A stretch of DNA of 64,000 bases from an uncultured Gammaproteobacteria bacterium (GTDB lineage: Bacteria; Patescibacteriota; Microgenomatia; Levybacterales; GWA1-39-11), in the NCBI GenBank assembly GCA_964425075.1, contig CAYRKM010000001.1, forward strand, positions 395,060 to 459,059, read 5' to 3'. The notes under the pieces are model-generated. The model ran no database searches, was not told where the DNA came from, and saw nothing but the letters and a program-made list of their open reading frames with translations. Positions 1 to 10,700 of this stretch are shown one piece after another. Positions within the stretch are counted from its first letter, which is position 1, and each line of letters starts with the position of its first letter. The position numbers and the translations under genes were made by a program.

Positions 1-1
1 T

Positions 2-115
2 GGGACTGGAGATCATTTTGTTAGAGTGAAAGTAGAGATACCTAAAAGGCTTTCAGGTAAACAAAAAGAGCTTCTTAAAGAGTTTGAGGAATCATCCGGA
101 CGTGGCTGGTTTTAG
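2..115 (+). CDS. dnaJ: Chaperone DnaJ, C-terminal fragment (5' end outside window)
   Basis: Frame-2 translation ...VRVKVEIPKRLSGKQKELLKEFEESSGRGWF* resembles the DnaJ C-terminal tail. TAG stop at 113-115. Confidence 0.45.
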   Translation, partial: GTGDHFVRVKVEIPKRLSGKQKELLKEFEESSGRGWF

Positions 116-170
116 ACTGATATCTTGATTTAATACCTTCATTTCACCTACACTGTTAATAAGGAGTGCT

Positions 171-503
171 ATGGTTTTTTTATTGTATCCACTGTATCTA
201 ATAACATTTTGGTATGTCGACGTTGTAAGAGGTTTTATTAATTTTTTTATTAATTTTAATAGATATCTTGTTTCCTTATTATCCTTTTCAATTCTTTTAA
301 GAACTTTTTTTAAACCTCTTAAAAATGAATACCGAGATGGGTTAGTGTTATTTTCAATTATTGCAGGAATAATAATTAAGTTTATTATTTTATGTGCTTC
401 GGGTTTATTTATAGGTGTAGTTCTTATATTTGAAGTTTTTGTTATTATTTTTGTTCTGGTTTTACCTTTACTCGTATTTTTTTTAGGAAAGAAATTCTTT
501 TAA
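171..503 (+). CDS. Small very hydrophobic membrane protein, hypothetical
   Basis: 110-aa ORF with 3-4 predicted TM helices. It ends 1 nt before the clp-like gene, so it is likely co-transcribed. Confidence 0.4.
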   Translation: MVFLLYPLYLITFWYVDVVRGFINFFINFNRYLVSLLSFSILLRTFFKPLKNEYRDGLVLFSIIAGIIIKFIILCASGLFIGVVLIFEVFVIIFVLVLPLLVFFLGKKFF

Positions 504-504
504 T

Positions 505-2880
505 ATGAATAAATATCTTTATAACTATTATGATTTATTTAATAATACCCCTATCCAGTGGATAAGAGTAGGAGTCTTTTTAGCATTAGGAATTATTGTA
601 TATGTAAATATACACAATCCATCGGCTATCTTTTTCCTCATACCTCTTTACTTCATTTTAATTATCCAAGAACTTTTTATATTTACAAAACTTAATAACT
701 CGCTTCCACTAAATACTGTTAAAAATGAAAAAAATAATATTTTAGAAACTGTTGATTTTTCAACGCGTGCTTTATTGCAGCACAACAGTGTTTTGAATGG
801 ACTCAGAAAAATACAGGAAAAAAGTGAGGTAAAAGAATTAATTATTTTACTTGGAATGGACATACCAATTCAAGATATTTCTATTTCACAAGAGGAATTA
901 CTCAATAAAGCGTGGGAATTAGTGAATGAGTTAGATGGTAAATACATACATGCTATTGATATATATACTTCTTATTTACTTCTTGCAGATGAAAAAAACA
1001 AATTGTTGTTTGAGAAAGAAATAGAGAGAAAGGATATTATTTCAATCGTTTCATGGCTAAGGAAACAACATGGATATGATTCTCTCAAGTCTCACGAAAT
1101 GAATTTTGGAGGGAATGGAGTTTTTGACTCATTGGTGTACGGGTGGAGTGCAGAGCTTTCAAAATATGCTTTAAATTTTACAAATGAGTCAATTCGACGG
1201 GAAAATGTAAAGCCTATTGGAAGAGATAAGGAATACGACTTGCTGGTTACAGCTCTTAGTAAAAATTCATCAAGCAATGCGTTGCTCATAGGTGCTCCAG
1301 GAGTAGGGAAAACCTCACTTGTTGCACAACTTGCATTAGATTCGAATGCGGGTAAGCTTCCGTCTTTTGTATCACACAAAATTATTTTTCAACTTTTTGC
1401 TGAGCGACTTCTTGCAGGCGTAGAAAATCAAGGGGACATGGAAGCACGTTTTGTTTCTCTTTTTGAAGAACTATCTCATTCTGGGAATATTATTGTCTAT
1501 ATTCCAAATATTGAAAATATCCTCGGTGGAGGAGGAATGAATTTGGATTTATCAGGAATGCTTTCAGAATATTTAAAAAGCAACAGACTTACTATTATTG
1601 GAACTACAACAGAGGCTTTATATCAGACATATATTTATCCAAAACAAGAATTAAGGGAACTTTTTGAGAATGTGCAAGTTCAAGAGCCCGATAATGAAGT
1701 ATTACTATTTATGCTATTTGAGAAAAGAAAAGAGTTCATGAGTTTCAACGACGTTCAAATTTCGTACGATGCTCTAAAAGAAGCGCTTTCGCTTTCCTCT
1801 TCATATATTTCTGACGGTATTGCCCTTCCTGGAAGAGCAGTAAAGCTTCTTGAGGACGTTATCACTCATGCAAAAACCCATGGAGTAAAGACGATAAATA
1901 AAAGCGAAGTAAGGAATTTTGTAGAGCAAAAGGTGCACATTGTATTGAGCAAACCAACCACTGAAGAAAGCACTCAGCTTTTACATCTTGAAGAGGAAAT
2001 ACATAAAAAAATTGTTTCGCAGGAGGAGGCAGTAAAAGCAATTTCTGATGCCATGAGAAGAGTTAGAAGTGGCATGAAAGATGGAAATAGACCAATTGCA
2101 TCATTTCTTTTCTTGGGACCAACTGGTGTTGGAAAAACAGAAACCGCAAAAGCTCTTTCTTCGCTATATTTTGGCAGTGAGGACTCTATGCTTCGACTTG
2201 ATATGTCAGAATATCAAACACAGGATTCTATCGAGAGATTTTTGGGGTCAAGTAACCCTAATGAATTTGTTGATAATGTTGGTAATAAAATATTAAATAA
2301 TCCCTTCACGCTTATTCTTTTAGATGAATTTGAAAAAGCACACCCGAAAATTCTTGATTTGTTCCTTCAGATATTAGATGAAGGAAGGTTAACTGACAAC
2401 ACTGGTCGAACAATTTCTTTCACAAATGCAATAATTATCGCGACAAGTAATGCCGGAAGTGAATTAATAAGGGAAAAAATGGCGCATGCTCAAATTACAG
2501 AGGAAGAAAGAAAAAATCTAATCGATACAATTTTAAAGACCAATATTTTTAAGCCGGAACTAGTAAATAGGTTTGATGATGTAATTGTCTTTAAGCCACT
2601 TGTTCATGGAGACATCGTCTCAATTGCAGATCATTTCATGAAAGAAGTGGGGAATAAATTGTCTGAGCAGCATATTACATTAAGATACGACAAAGATGTT
2701 TTGGAATTTATTGCAAACGCTTCGTATAGCACAGAATTTGGTGCGCGTAACGTTAGGCGTTTTATAGAGCAGACGGTAGAAAATCAAATATCAACCAAGA
2801 TACTAGACCAAACACTGCCTCCGGGTGGTGTTGCAATTATTACCATTAATAGTGGTTCAATTGTTGTAACTACAAGTTGA
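505..2880 (+). CDS. Clp-type (ClpC/ClpB-like) double-AAA+ ATPase with N-terminal transmembrane anchor
   Basis: N-terminal segment has two hydrophobic helices, followed by a Clp_N-like repeat region. NBD1 Walker A is LIGAPGVGKTSL and NBD2 Walker A is FLGPTGVGKTETAKAL. NBD2 Walker B is ILLDEFEKAHP. NBD1 Walker B appears degenerate (IVYIPNIEN). Confidence 0.8.
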   Translation: MNKYLYNYYDLFNNTPIQWIRVGVFLALGIIVYVNIHNPSAIFFLIPLYFILIIQELFIFTKLNNSLPLNTVKNEKNNILETVDFSTRALLQHNSVLNGLRKIQEKSEVKELIILLGMDIPIQDISISQEELLNKAWELVNELDGKYIHAIDIYTSYLLLADEKNKLLFEKEIERKDIISIVSWLRKQHGYDSLKSHEMNFGGNGVFDSLVYGWSAELSKYALNFTNESIRRENVKPIGRDKEYDLLVTALSKNSSSNALLIGAPGVGKTSLVAQLALDSNAGKLPSFVSHKIIFQLFAERLLAGVENQGDMEARFVSLFEELSHSGNIIVYIPNIENILGGGGMNLDLSGMLSEYLKSNRLTIIGTTTEALYQTYIYPKQELRELFENVQVQEPDNEVLLFMLFEKRKEFMSFNDVQISYDALKEALSLSSSYISDGIALPGRAVKLLEDVITHAKTHGVKTINKSEVRNFVEQKVHIVLSKPTTEESTQLLHLEEEIHKKIVSQEEAVKAISDAMRRVRSGMKDGNRPIASFLFLGPTGVGKTETAKALSSLYFGSEDSMLRLDMSEYQTQDSIERFLGSSNPNEFVDNVGNKILNNPFTLILLDEFEKAHPKILDLFLQILDEGRLTDNTGRTISFTNAIIIATSNAGSELIREKMAHAQITEEERKNLIDTILKTNIFKPELVNRFDDVIVFKPLVHGDIVSIADHFMKEVGNKLSEQHITLRYDKDVLEFIANASYSTEFGARNVRRFIEQTVENQISTKILDQTLPPGGVAIITINSGSIVVTTS

Positions 2881-2913
2881 GAAAGGTGCTGGGATTTTAT
2901 ATCCTTATTAGAT

Positions 2914-3912
2914 ATGCAAATTGCTTTTTTTGGATTAGAACAATGGGAAAAGGAATATTTCGATAAAGAATTAAAAGGAAATCAACTTTTTTTCTTTGAA
3001 ACCTCACTTAATGACACAAATGATAATCTTGAAAATATTGAGGGATTAATTGTTTCCATACACTCTGAGATTAAAAGTGAAATTCTTGCCAAATTTCCTC
3101 GTCTTAAATTTATTGCCACAATGTCAACTGGATATGATCATGTTGATTTACTCGAGTGTGGAAAAAGAAATATTGTGGTATCAAATGTCCCATCATATGG
3201 GGAAGCAACTGTTGCCGAACACACCTTCTCGTTGATTCTCACAATTTCAAGACGAATTATTGAATCAGTTGAACGAGTAAAAAAAGGAGAATTTTCACCC
3301 GAAGGCTTAACGGGGTTTGAGTTGCGGGGAAAGACTTTGGGAGTAATTGGTGTTGGAAGCATTGGAAGTCATGTAATAAAAATTGCAAAAGGATTTGGAA
3401 TGAATGTTCTCGCATACAAGAGAACACCAGATTTGATGCTTGAGAGACAATTGGGATTTAAATTTGTGGAGCTAGATATTTTATATAAACAATCAGATAT
3501 AATTTCTCTTCACATTCCTTATACAAAGGAAACTCATCATTTTGTAAATTCTCATTCATTTGAAATTATGAAGGATGGGGTTGTTGTGATTAATACAGCA
3601 AGGGGCTCTCTTATTGACAGCGTTGCGCTTTTGCAGTCACTAAATAGCGGGAAAGTAAAAGCAGCAGGACTTGATGTATTGGAGGAGGAGCCATTATTAT
3701 TGGAGGAAAAGGATTTGTTGTCAAAGCAATTTGATAAAGAAAAAATTATGTCTCTTCTTCAGGACCATATGCTTATATCTCATCCTCATGTTTTAATTAC
3801 ACCACATAATGCATTCAATAGTACTGAAGCACTTAACAAAATTATAGAAACAACTCTAGAAAATATTACGGCATTTTCTTCCGGAGCCCCCATAAATGTA
3901 GTAAGTAATTAG
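2914..3912 (+). CDS. D-isomer-specific 2-hydroxyacid dehydrogenase (D-lactate/phosphoglycerate dehydrogenase family)
   Basis: NAD-binding motif GKTLGVIGVGSIGSHV. Catalytic R (NTARGSLID), E (LDVLEEEP) and H (ITPHNAF) are present. Confidence 0.8.
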   Translation: MQIAFFGLEQWEKEYFDKELKGNQLFFFETSLNDTNDNLENIEGLIVSIHSEIKSEILAKFPRLKFIATMSTGYDHVDLLECGKRNIVVSNVPSYGEATVAEHTFSLILTISRRIIESVERVKKGEFSPEGLTGFELRGKTLGVIGVGSIGSHVIKIAKGFGMNVLAYKRTPDLMLERQLGFKFVELDILYKQSDIISLHIPYTKETHHFVNSHSFEIMKDGVVVINTARGSLIDSVALLQSLNSGKVKAAGLDVLEEEPLLLEEKDLLSKQFDKEKIMSLLQDHMLISHPHVLITPHNAFNSTEALNKIIETTLENITAFSSGAPINVVSN

Positions 3913-3956
3913 AGTATTTCAAGAAATACTCTCTACTATATTGTAAAATTCACTAT

Positions 3957-5018
3957 ATGGTTAATTTTGAAGAATTCTCAAAAGCGTCTAGGGACCAAAT
4001 TATAAAAAATCTGGACGATTTTTTTGGGAAAAAGGCCAGCGAAGAACTTCCTAAGTATTTCTATGAACTTGAAATATTTTCTTCTCTTTCTCAAATGGTA
4101 TCCAAAGGAAAATTAGTGAGGGGAATACTGTTTTTATTTGCCTGCAAGATGTATGGAGTTAAGGAAGAAAAAGAATTGCTAGATATAGCTTGCGCTATAG
4201 AGCTACTTCATACTGGACTTTTAATTCATGATGATATTATTGATAACGACGATCTTCGTAGGGGGCTATCAACAATACATACATATTTTAAAGAAAAAGG
4301 TAAAAAAATTGGTGCTACGGATGCGTCGCATTATGGAGTATCAATGGGAATATTGGTAGGGGATGCGGCTTTTTATTGCGCAATTGAACTTTTGAGTAGG
4401 TATAGAGGAGCAAGAGCTATTAATCTTTTAGGCTACTATTCGCGTGAAGTAAATAGAGTAATTCTCGCAGAGGGTGCAGACAGTGAATTTGGTCAAACCA
4501 ATATTGAACCAACAAGCGAGGAAATAGAGGGAATATACCACTATAAAACAGCCAGATATACTTTCTCCATGCCATTTACAATGGCAGGAATTGTTGCAGG
4601 AATAACTGACGCACGACTTGAAATAATGGATAAGATTGGAGAATTAGCGGGGTTTATATTCCAATTAAAGGATGATGAGTTGGGTCTTCTTGGAACAGAG
4701 GAGAAAATTGGAAAACCAGTGGGTTCAGATGTTCGTGAGAATAAAAAAACTGCTATTAGAAAGCTTTTATATGAGATGGTAAATGATTCAGAGAAGGAAT
4801 TATTGAATACTTTATTTGGCAAACAGAACATAACCAGGGATGAAGTAAATAAAGTTAAAGAGCTAATTGAGAAGTATGAAATTCAGAAAAAGATAAACAT
4901 TCAGGTAGAGGAAATAATGGAAGAAATACATAAACTGTTTAATAATTTGGAAGTTGATGATGAATATAAAAAAGTTCTTCAGGAAATGTTAATATTTAAT
5001 ATAAAGAGAAAATATTAA
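3957..5018 (+). CDS. Polyprenyl diphosphate synthase (trans-isoprenyl diphosphate synthase family)
   Basis: First Asp-rich motif LLIHDDIIDNDDLRRG is present. A second Asp-rich region FQLKDDELG is also present. Confidence 0.75.
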   Translation: MVNFEEFSKASRDQIIKNLDDFFGKKASEELPKYFYELEIFSSLSQMVSKGKLVRGILFLFACKMYGVKEEKELLDIACAIELLHTGLLIHDDIIDNDDLRRGLSTIHTYFKEKGKKIGATDASHYGVSMGILVGDAAFYCAIELLSRYRGARAINLLGYYSREVNRVILAEGADSEFGQTNIEPTSEEIEGIYHYKTARYTFSMPFTMAGIVAGITDARLEIMDKIGELAGFIFQLKDDELGLLGTEEKIGKPVGSDVRENKKTAIRKLLYEMVNDSEKELLNTLFGKQNITRDEVNKVKELIEKYEIQKKINIQVEEIMEEIHKLFNNLEVDDEYKKVLQEMLIFNIKRKY

Positions 5019-5019
5019 T

Positions 5020-5364
5020 ATGCACGCACTAATTCGTTTTTTTATATTAATTATTGCAATTTTTGTTTCTTCCTATATCATTCCGGGCGTAAGGGTAGAT
5101 ACATTTACAGCGCTTATAATAACTGCAATTATAATTGGAGTCATAAATACATTCATAAAACCAGTTCTCGTGCTTTTAACTCTACCTCTTACTGTTGTTA
5201 CTTTTGGAATTTTCCTTTTAATCTTAAATGGAGCCCTGATATTACTAGTTGGACGGATAGTTCCAGGATTTTATGTTTCAGGTCTATTTTCGGCAATACT
5301 TTTTAGTATAGGGGTGTCTCTTGTTGCTTCTTTTCTTGAAATAGTATTGGGGAGTAAAAACTAA
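5020..5364 (+). CDS. YvlD/DUF360-family 4-TM membrane protein (phage-holin-4-like superfamily)
   Basis: IPGVRVDTFTALIITAIIIGVINTFIKPVLVLLTLPLTVVTFGIFLLILNGALILL matches the conserved core of YvlD-like proteins. Confidence 0.6.
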   Translation: MHALIRFFILIIAIFVSSYIIPGVRVDTFTALIITAIIIGVINTFIKPVLVLLTLPLTVVTFGIFLLILNGALILLVGRIVPGFYVSGLFSAILFSIGVSLVASFLEIVLGSKN

Positions 5365-5747
5365 AGACTTTTAAGGTCTTGTTCTACTTGTTTTAAGTCA
5401 GTCTCTGGATCTTCTACTTGAATTTGTTCTGTTTCAGTTTCAATATCAGTTACAGTTGGAATAGGAGTAGCTGTTGGTTGTGTTGCCTGTTCAACTGGAG
5501 CAGGTGCAGCTTCATACGACTGTCTAAGGATGATGTAGTAAAGTGCTCCAAGAAGAACTATAAGCAAGGTTAAAATTCCAGCTACTATCAAAAGACCCTT
5601 GTTTTTTTCTTCATGTGGTGCTGGAGGAGGTGTGGAAGAGGGAGCTGGTGTTGGTGGGGTTACAGGTTGTGTTGGAACAGTAGGTGCTGGAGGCGTTACG
5701 GGTATTACTGGTGGTGTGTTATTGTTTTGGTTTTCCATATTATTCAT
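5361..5747 (-). CDS. Pro/Thr-rich single-TM protein, hypothetical
   Basis: PT-rich N-terminus and one TM helix (LLIVAGILTLLIVLLGALYYIIL). Overlaps the upstream gene by 8 nt (operon). Confidence 0.4.
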   Translation of the reverse strand: MNNMENQNNNTPPVIPVTPPAPTVPTQPVTPPTPAPSSTPPPAPHEEKNKGLLIVAGILTLLIVLLGALYYIILRQSYEAAPAPVEQATQPTATPIPTVTDIETETEQIQVEDPETDLKQVEQDLKSL

Positions 5748-6411
5748 TTGCCCCCTTTGTTATTTTTTTAAGCTCTTTTGCGCTTGTTGTGACTGCTAGT
5801 TTTGCATCCATTACTGATTTGTATACTGCCTTAATATCTTTTCTAAATTGCGTGACGACTGGACTTATTGTTTCTCCAAGAGAAGCCTCGTCAGTTATTG
5901 TGATGACATATTCCTTCCCAGCCTGTGTAGTTACTGCAGTTTGAGCTGAAATGATTTTTTCTTCAGCATCCGTAATTGCGCTGTCCAAAGCTGCTGTGTC
6001 TTCCCCTTCACTTTTAAGGGATGCGGCTTTTGATGAAATTCTATCAAGAATTGAGGATAATTTCTCTAAATTTTCAGCCATTCTTTCGGTATGTTTCACA
6101 TTGGCAGCATTAAGTCGTGTATCAACTCTTTCAACTATTAGTTTTTTCTTTGCGTCAGTAATTGTTTCAAGTCTTGTCTTGAATTCCTCCCGCGCTGCTT
6201 TCATTTCCTCAATTGCTTCCTCTCTCTCTGTTTTAATTTCTTCCCTTAGATTTTTTCGTGCGCTTTTTTGCGATTCGAGAAGGTCAATTTTTTTAGGTGT
6301 AGTTGTAACTTCTGCAGTTTCTTCAGAATTTTCGTCAGATTGAGCAAAAGAAGAAGTTGGTGCGAGAATAACAATTGCCAAAAGAGTGAATACGACAATT
6401 CGTTTTAACAT
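5740..6411 (-). CDS. Secreted coiled-coil protein, hypothetical
   Basis: Signal peptide MLKRIVVFTLLAIVILAPTSSFAQS. K/E-rich heptad-like body. Confidence 0.5.
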   Translation of the reverse strand: MLKRIVVFTLLAIVILAPTSSFAQSDENSEETAEVTTTPKKIDLLESQKSARKNLREEIKTEREEAIEEMKAAREEFKTRLETITDAKKKLIVERVDTRLNAANVKHTERMAENLEKLSSILDRISSKAASLKSEGEDTAALDSAITDAEEKIISAQTAVTTQAGKEYVITITDEASLGETISPVVTQFRKDIKAVYKSVMDAKLAVTTSAKELKKITKGANE

Positions 6412-6456
6412 AGTTTAATTTTAGTGTAATTTGGAAAAAAAAGTCAAGTTTTGAAG

Positions 6457-6804
6457 TTATAGTTTTGTATACTTTATATGCTTGCCTCGGGCTTTTTTTA
6501 CAGGATATTTTTTAGAATTTTCTTTCATTTTTGCGTTAAAACTTCTTTTAATATCGATGCCCAAATCATAAGACATTAATAAAACCCAAGACAGCACGTC
6601 AGAAAGCTCATCAGCAATCTCTTTCTTACTGTCTTTAATATAGGCGCTTATTTCTTTTTCACTAAGCCACTTAAATTGATCAAGCACTTCAGCAGCTTCA
6701 GAAAGTAGTGCGATTGCGGAATCTTTGGGACTATGAAATTGTTTCCAGTCGCGTTCGTCTCTGAATTTAATTATTTTTTCTGTGAGTTCTTCAAGGTCTG
6801 ACAT
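6457..6804 (-). CDS. MazG-like nucleotide pyrophosphohydrolase (small all-alpha NTP-PPase)
   Basis: EExxE...E..D pattern in LSEAAEVLDQFKW ... EIADELSDVLSWVL. Confidence 0.6.
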   Translation of the reverse strand: MSDLEELTEKIIKFRDERDWKQFHSPKDSAIALLSEAAEVLDQFKWLSEKEISAYIKDSKKEIADELSDVLSWVLLMSYDLGIDIKRSFNAKMKENSKKYPVKKARGKHIKYTKL

Positions 6805-6839
6805 AACGGTATATTAACAAAAATGAAAGCACAAAAAAA

Positions 6840-7613
6840 TTACCGCTTTTCAAAGTATAAAGTGACAGTTGAGGATATGGTTTGTGAACCAGGTTGGAGA
6901 TCGGGGGTTGTTCCTCCTCCAGCGCCAATGCTTAACTCCTGCGACTTAAATGCATAGGGAATAGGTCCTGTTGTATTTGCAGATTCTACAATGTTTACAA
7001 TTTTACCAAGTCTAATTCCAAGATTGCCCGCGATTTTTTCTGCCTGATCTTTTGCGTTTTGAATTGCTTTTTCGCGTGCTTCTTCGCGATATTTTTCAGG
7101 TTTATCAACGCTATAATTAGTTCCAATTATTTGATTTGCTCCTGCTTTAGTTGCTGTAGCAATGACTTCAGGGAGTTTTTCAGTATCTCTAACCTTAACG
7201 CTAATAGTTACATTTCCATTGTATCCAGTAATACTTCCTGCGGGATTTCTCTGAAAGTCATAATTTGGGTTAATGGAATAATTTGATGTTTTTATATCTT
7301 CCTTTTTAATTCCAAGATTTGTGAGTCCCTCAACAATTTTATTATTAACTTCATTAATCTGGTTTTGAGTGTCCTCAACTGTCTTTGCGTTGTTGATGGT
7401 TATTCCCAAATCAGTTGTTGCAAGATCGGGGACTATATCGATTTTTCCTTCTCCAACAACTGCAAGTTCGCCTGAGACAGATCTTGTAGTAATACTTAAT
7501 GGATAGGCAATGTTTAGGGCATTGATAAACCACAATGCAATAACTGTTAGCAAAAGAATAGATCCGTAGACTGAAACAATTTTGTTCTCGCGAAATAATT
7601 TTTGAGGAGTCAT
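6840..7613 (-). CDS. SIMPL-domain (DUF541/YggE-like) periplasmic/secreted protein
   Basis: N-terminal TM/signal segment. The SIMPL-like core (KAIQNAKDQAEKIAGNLGIRLGKIVNI ... TISSTVTLYFE) is present. Confidence 0.65.
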   Translation of the reverse strand: MTPQKLFRENKIVSVYGSILLLTVIALWFINALNIAYPLSITTRSVSGELAVVGEGKIDIVPDLATTDLGITINNAKTVEDTQNQINEVNNKIVEGLTNLGIKKEDIKTSNYSINPNYDFQRNPAGSITGYNGNVTISVKVRDTEKLPEVIATATKAGANQIIGTNYSVDKPEKYREEAREKAIQNAKDQAEKIAGNLGIRLGKIVNIVESANTTGPIPYAFKSQELSIGAGGGTTPDLQPGSQTISSTVTLYFEKR

Positions 7614-7746
7614 AAGCCTAGTTTACAATTTTGTTCTAAGAAAGTAAAATCATTTTTTACTCGTATCGCAATGCGTCAATTATTGTTTCAAAACGAAAAC
7701 CTCTATCAGTTTTTTAATATTTTTGTGTTTATCATAACGGATGATT

Positions 7747-10700
7747 TTAATTCTTGTAGTCTTTATGGTAGACAATATAAAACACAACGGGGATGAAAAA
7801 CAACATGATAATTCCTGAAAATGAAAGTCCTGCAATAATTGCTCCACCCAGGCCACGCCATAGGGGGTTTGAAAGGGAAATTGGAATAAGTCCCACAATT
7901 GTCGTAAATGAGCCTAAGAAAACCGGTTCAAGTCTGCTTGCAGCTCCATCTGCAATTGCTTCCTTGAAGGGCATATGAGCGCTCAGATTTCTATTAAATT
8001 TGTCGACTAAAAACATTGCGTGAGTGACCACAATTCCAAAAAGTGAAAGAATCCCGATTAATGCCGGAAATGAAAGCGGAGTGCCGGTAAGAGCAAAGAC
8101 AACAAGAACCCCTGCAACGGCAACCGGAATAATAAGCATCACGATAACGGCTTTTCTGTAGCTTCTAAATTGGACTACCATGGTCGCCAAAATAAGTATT
8201 CCGGCAAGCATCATTGCCTGCAGAATTGACGCGACGGATTTTTGATTTTCCTCATTTGCTCCCCCCGTTTGATACGAATATCCTTCGGGAAGATTGAGAC
8301 CGTCAACGTACTTCAAAAGCTTACTATTTGCTTCACTTACCGAATAACCGACCGATACTCCCGAGCTTACTGAAATAGTTCTTTTTGTATCCAAATGTGT
8401 AATTGATGTCGGGTTAGTTTCAAGAACCAAGTCTCCCAAAGACAGCAGTGGAACATAAGTATTGTTGGTTGTCGGAATAGCCAACCGACCCAGATCTTCA
8501 GGGCTTTGTGTATCTGTGTTCATGCGGAAAGTTATGTCTTGTGATTCTTTTTGATCAAATTTTACGCTTTTGACCGTAAACCCGGTTGTAAAAGTTCTCA
8601 TCCAAAGTCCTAATGTTTCATAAGAGACATTTTCTTTGGTAATTTTTGAATGATCCGGTACAAAAGTCAGCTTTGACGTTCCGGGATTGATGGACTTGGT
8701 GACATTTATTATTCCCGCCTGCTTACTCAAAAAGCCTACAATTTTATCTGCGTACTGATCAAGTTTTGTCAGATCGTCACCGAGAAGTTGGACCTGTACC
8801 TCGGCCCCCGCAGGTGGCCCGCCCGATTGCTCAATAATTGTTATTTTTCCATCAACTTTTATGGTTTTGATTTTTTCCCGGAGGTTTTCTGCAATTTTCA
8901 GTGAGTCAATTTTTCTCTTATTTTTTTCAGGGAGTGCCATGGTGTAGAGAACCAGATTCGATCCGGATTTAAAATCTTGAGAGCCGGCATCAATTCCACG
9001 TCCAATCTCCGATGTTACGTATTCGATACCCGGAGTTTTTCTCAAAAATTCCTGAAGTCTCAAGCCATTTGTGGTTGCTGTATCAGTATTTGTACCGCTT
9101 GGAAGTTCTAAATTTACATACAATTGATCCCCTTCACTTTTGGGGAAAAATTCATTGGTAACAAATCCGAATGGCACTAATAAATAGGCAAAAACTGAAA
9201 AAATTATAACGATTCCGATAACTTTTTTTCTGGCACTTTTCGAGTTTAAAATCCGTAGAATGAGCCTTTTGTAATATACCGCAATATGCTCAATATCAAT
9301 AAGTCTTTCATTAAATCTACCTGCATATGATTTTCCGGTAGCTATTAAATTCTTACCAACAAGATTGTTGATCTTTTCTGACAGTGTTGATCTTATTCGG
9401 ATGGCAATAAATCCTAAGATTAAAAATAGAATAAGAATTAAAGGAAAGAACGGGTTTTCTCTAAAAAGCGTCAGCAACAAATAGACACAAAGAAGTGCTC
9501 CAATAAGCTTGAGTAAGATAACGACCCTTCTTGGAACTTGCAATTTCAAAATAACAATCATAAGCGGAATTGTGATGAGGACTGCAATTGCTGTTGAAGC
9601 ATAAAGGGTTGTTGCAACAACGATTGGAATAGTTTTGATAAACTCACCGATAATACCAGTTGCTATCAAAAGAGGCAGAAATGCCCATGCTGTAGTAATT
9701 GTTGTACTCCAAATAGGCACAATAAGATCTCGCCATACAAGAAGACCGGTTTGTTCCGGGGTGAATTTCCGGGTTCTAAAGTACGAAGTCATTCCCGTTA
9801 CAACAACAATTGTGTCATCAACCAGAAGACCCAATGCTAAAAGAAGCGAGAAGAGTGTCAAAAAATTAAGAGACAGGCCGGCTGCATTGATAACGGTAAA
9901 AGTCACAAGAAATGTGAGTGGAATTGTCAAAACCGCAATAAGGGCTTGACGGATTCCAAGAAAAATTAGAAATGTTATAAAAACCAAAATAAGCGTATCG
10001 CGGAAGCTTTCAGTCAGATTTCCGAATTCTTCATCTATCAGTTTTGAGGAATCGGTAATGGTCAAAATTTCGAAGTGTTCATGATAAGGCTTGACTGCAT
10101 TTTCAGCAATAAGCCGCATTTTTTTGACCGCATTATCAATTGTTGCGGTACTATTTTTATAAACATAAAATGTTGCTACTTTTGAAGGTTTTGTATTCTC
10201 ATTTGCGATGAACGACTCTTGGATACCCGGTTTGACTGTTTCAAAAACGTTAGCAATATCTGAAAGCTTTACTTGATTGTCGTTAACAACAAGCGTTGTA
10301 TTTCTTAAATTTTCAATTGATGAAATTGAGGAGTTGACTCCCAGTGGAAATGATAAGTCGGAAGTTGTGATATTTCCTGCCGGATAGGAATTGAGTAAGC
10401 TATTTATTTTTTGAGAAAGAACAATCGGGTTAATATTGTTATTTGCTACTTTTTCAGGATCTGCAAGAATTTGAATTTCCTGCTCTTCAAGCCCTGAAAT
10501 GGTAACCCGGTCAACAATAGAATCATCCTCAAGTTTTTCCTTTAATATTCTGGAAAACCTCAGTAAAGAAGCAGGGTCTTCACCGCGTATTGAGAAAACC
10601 CATACGGGTTGGTCTTCAAAATCAAAGCGCTTTACAAAAGGATCTTTTGCCTCATTTGGCAAAGTATTGACAGAGTCCACCGCAGATTTCATATCCGCCT

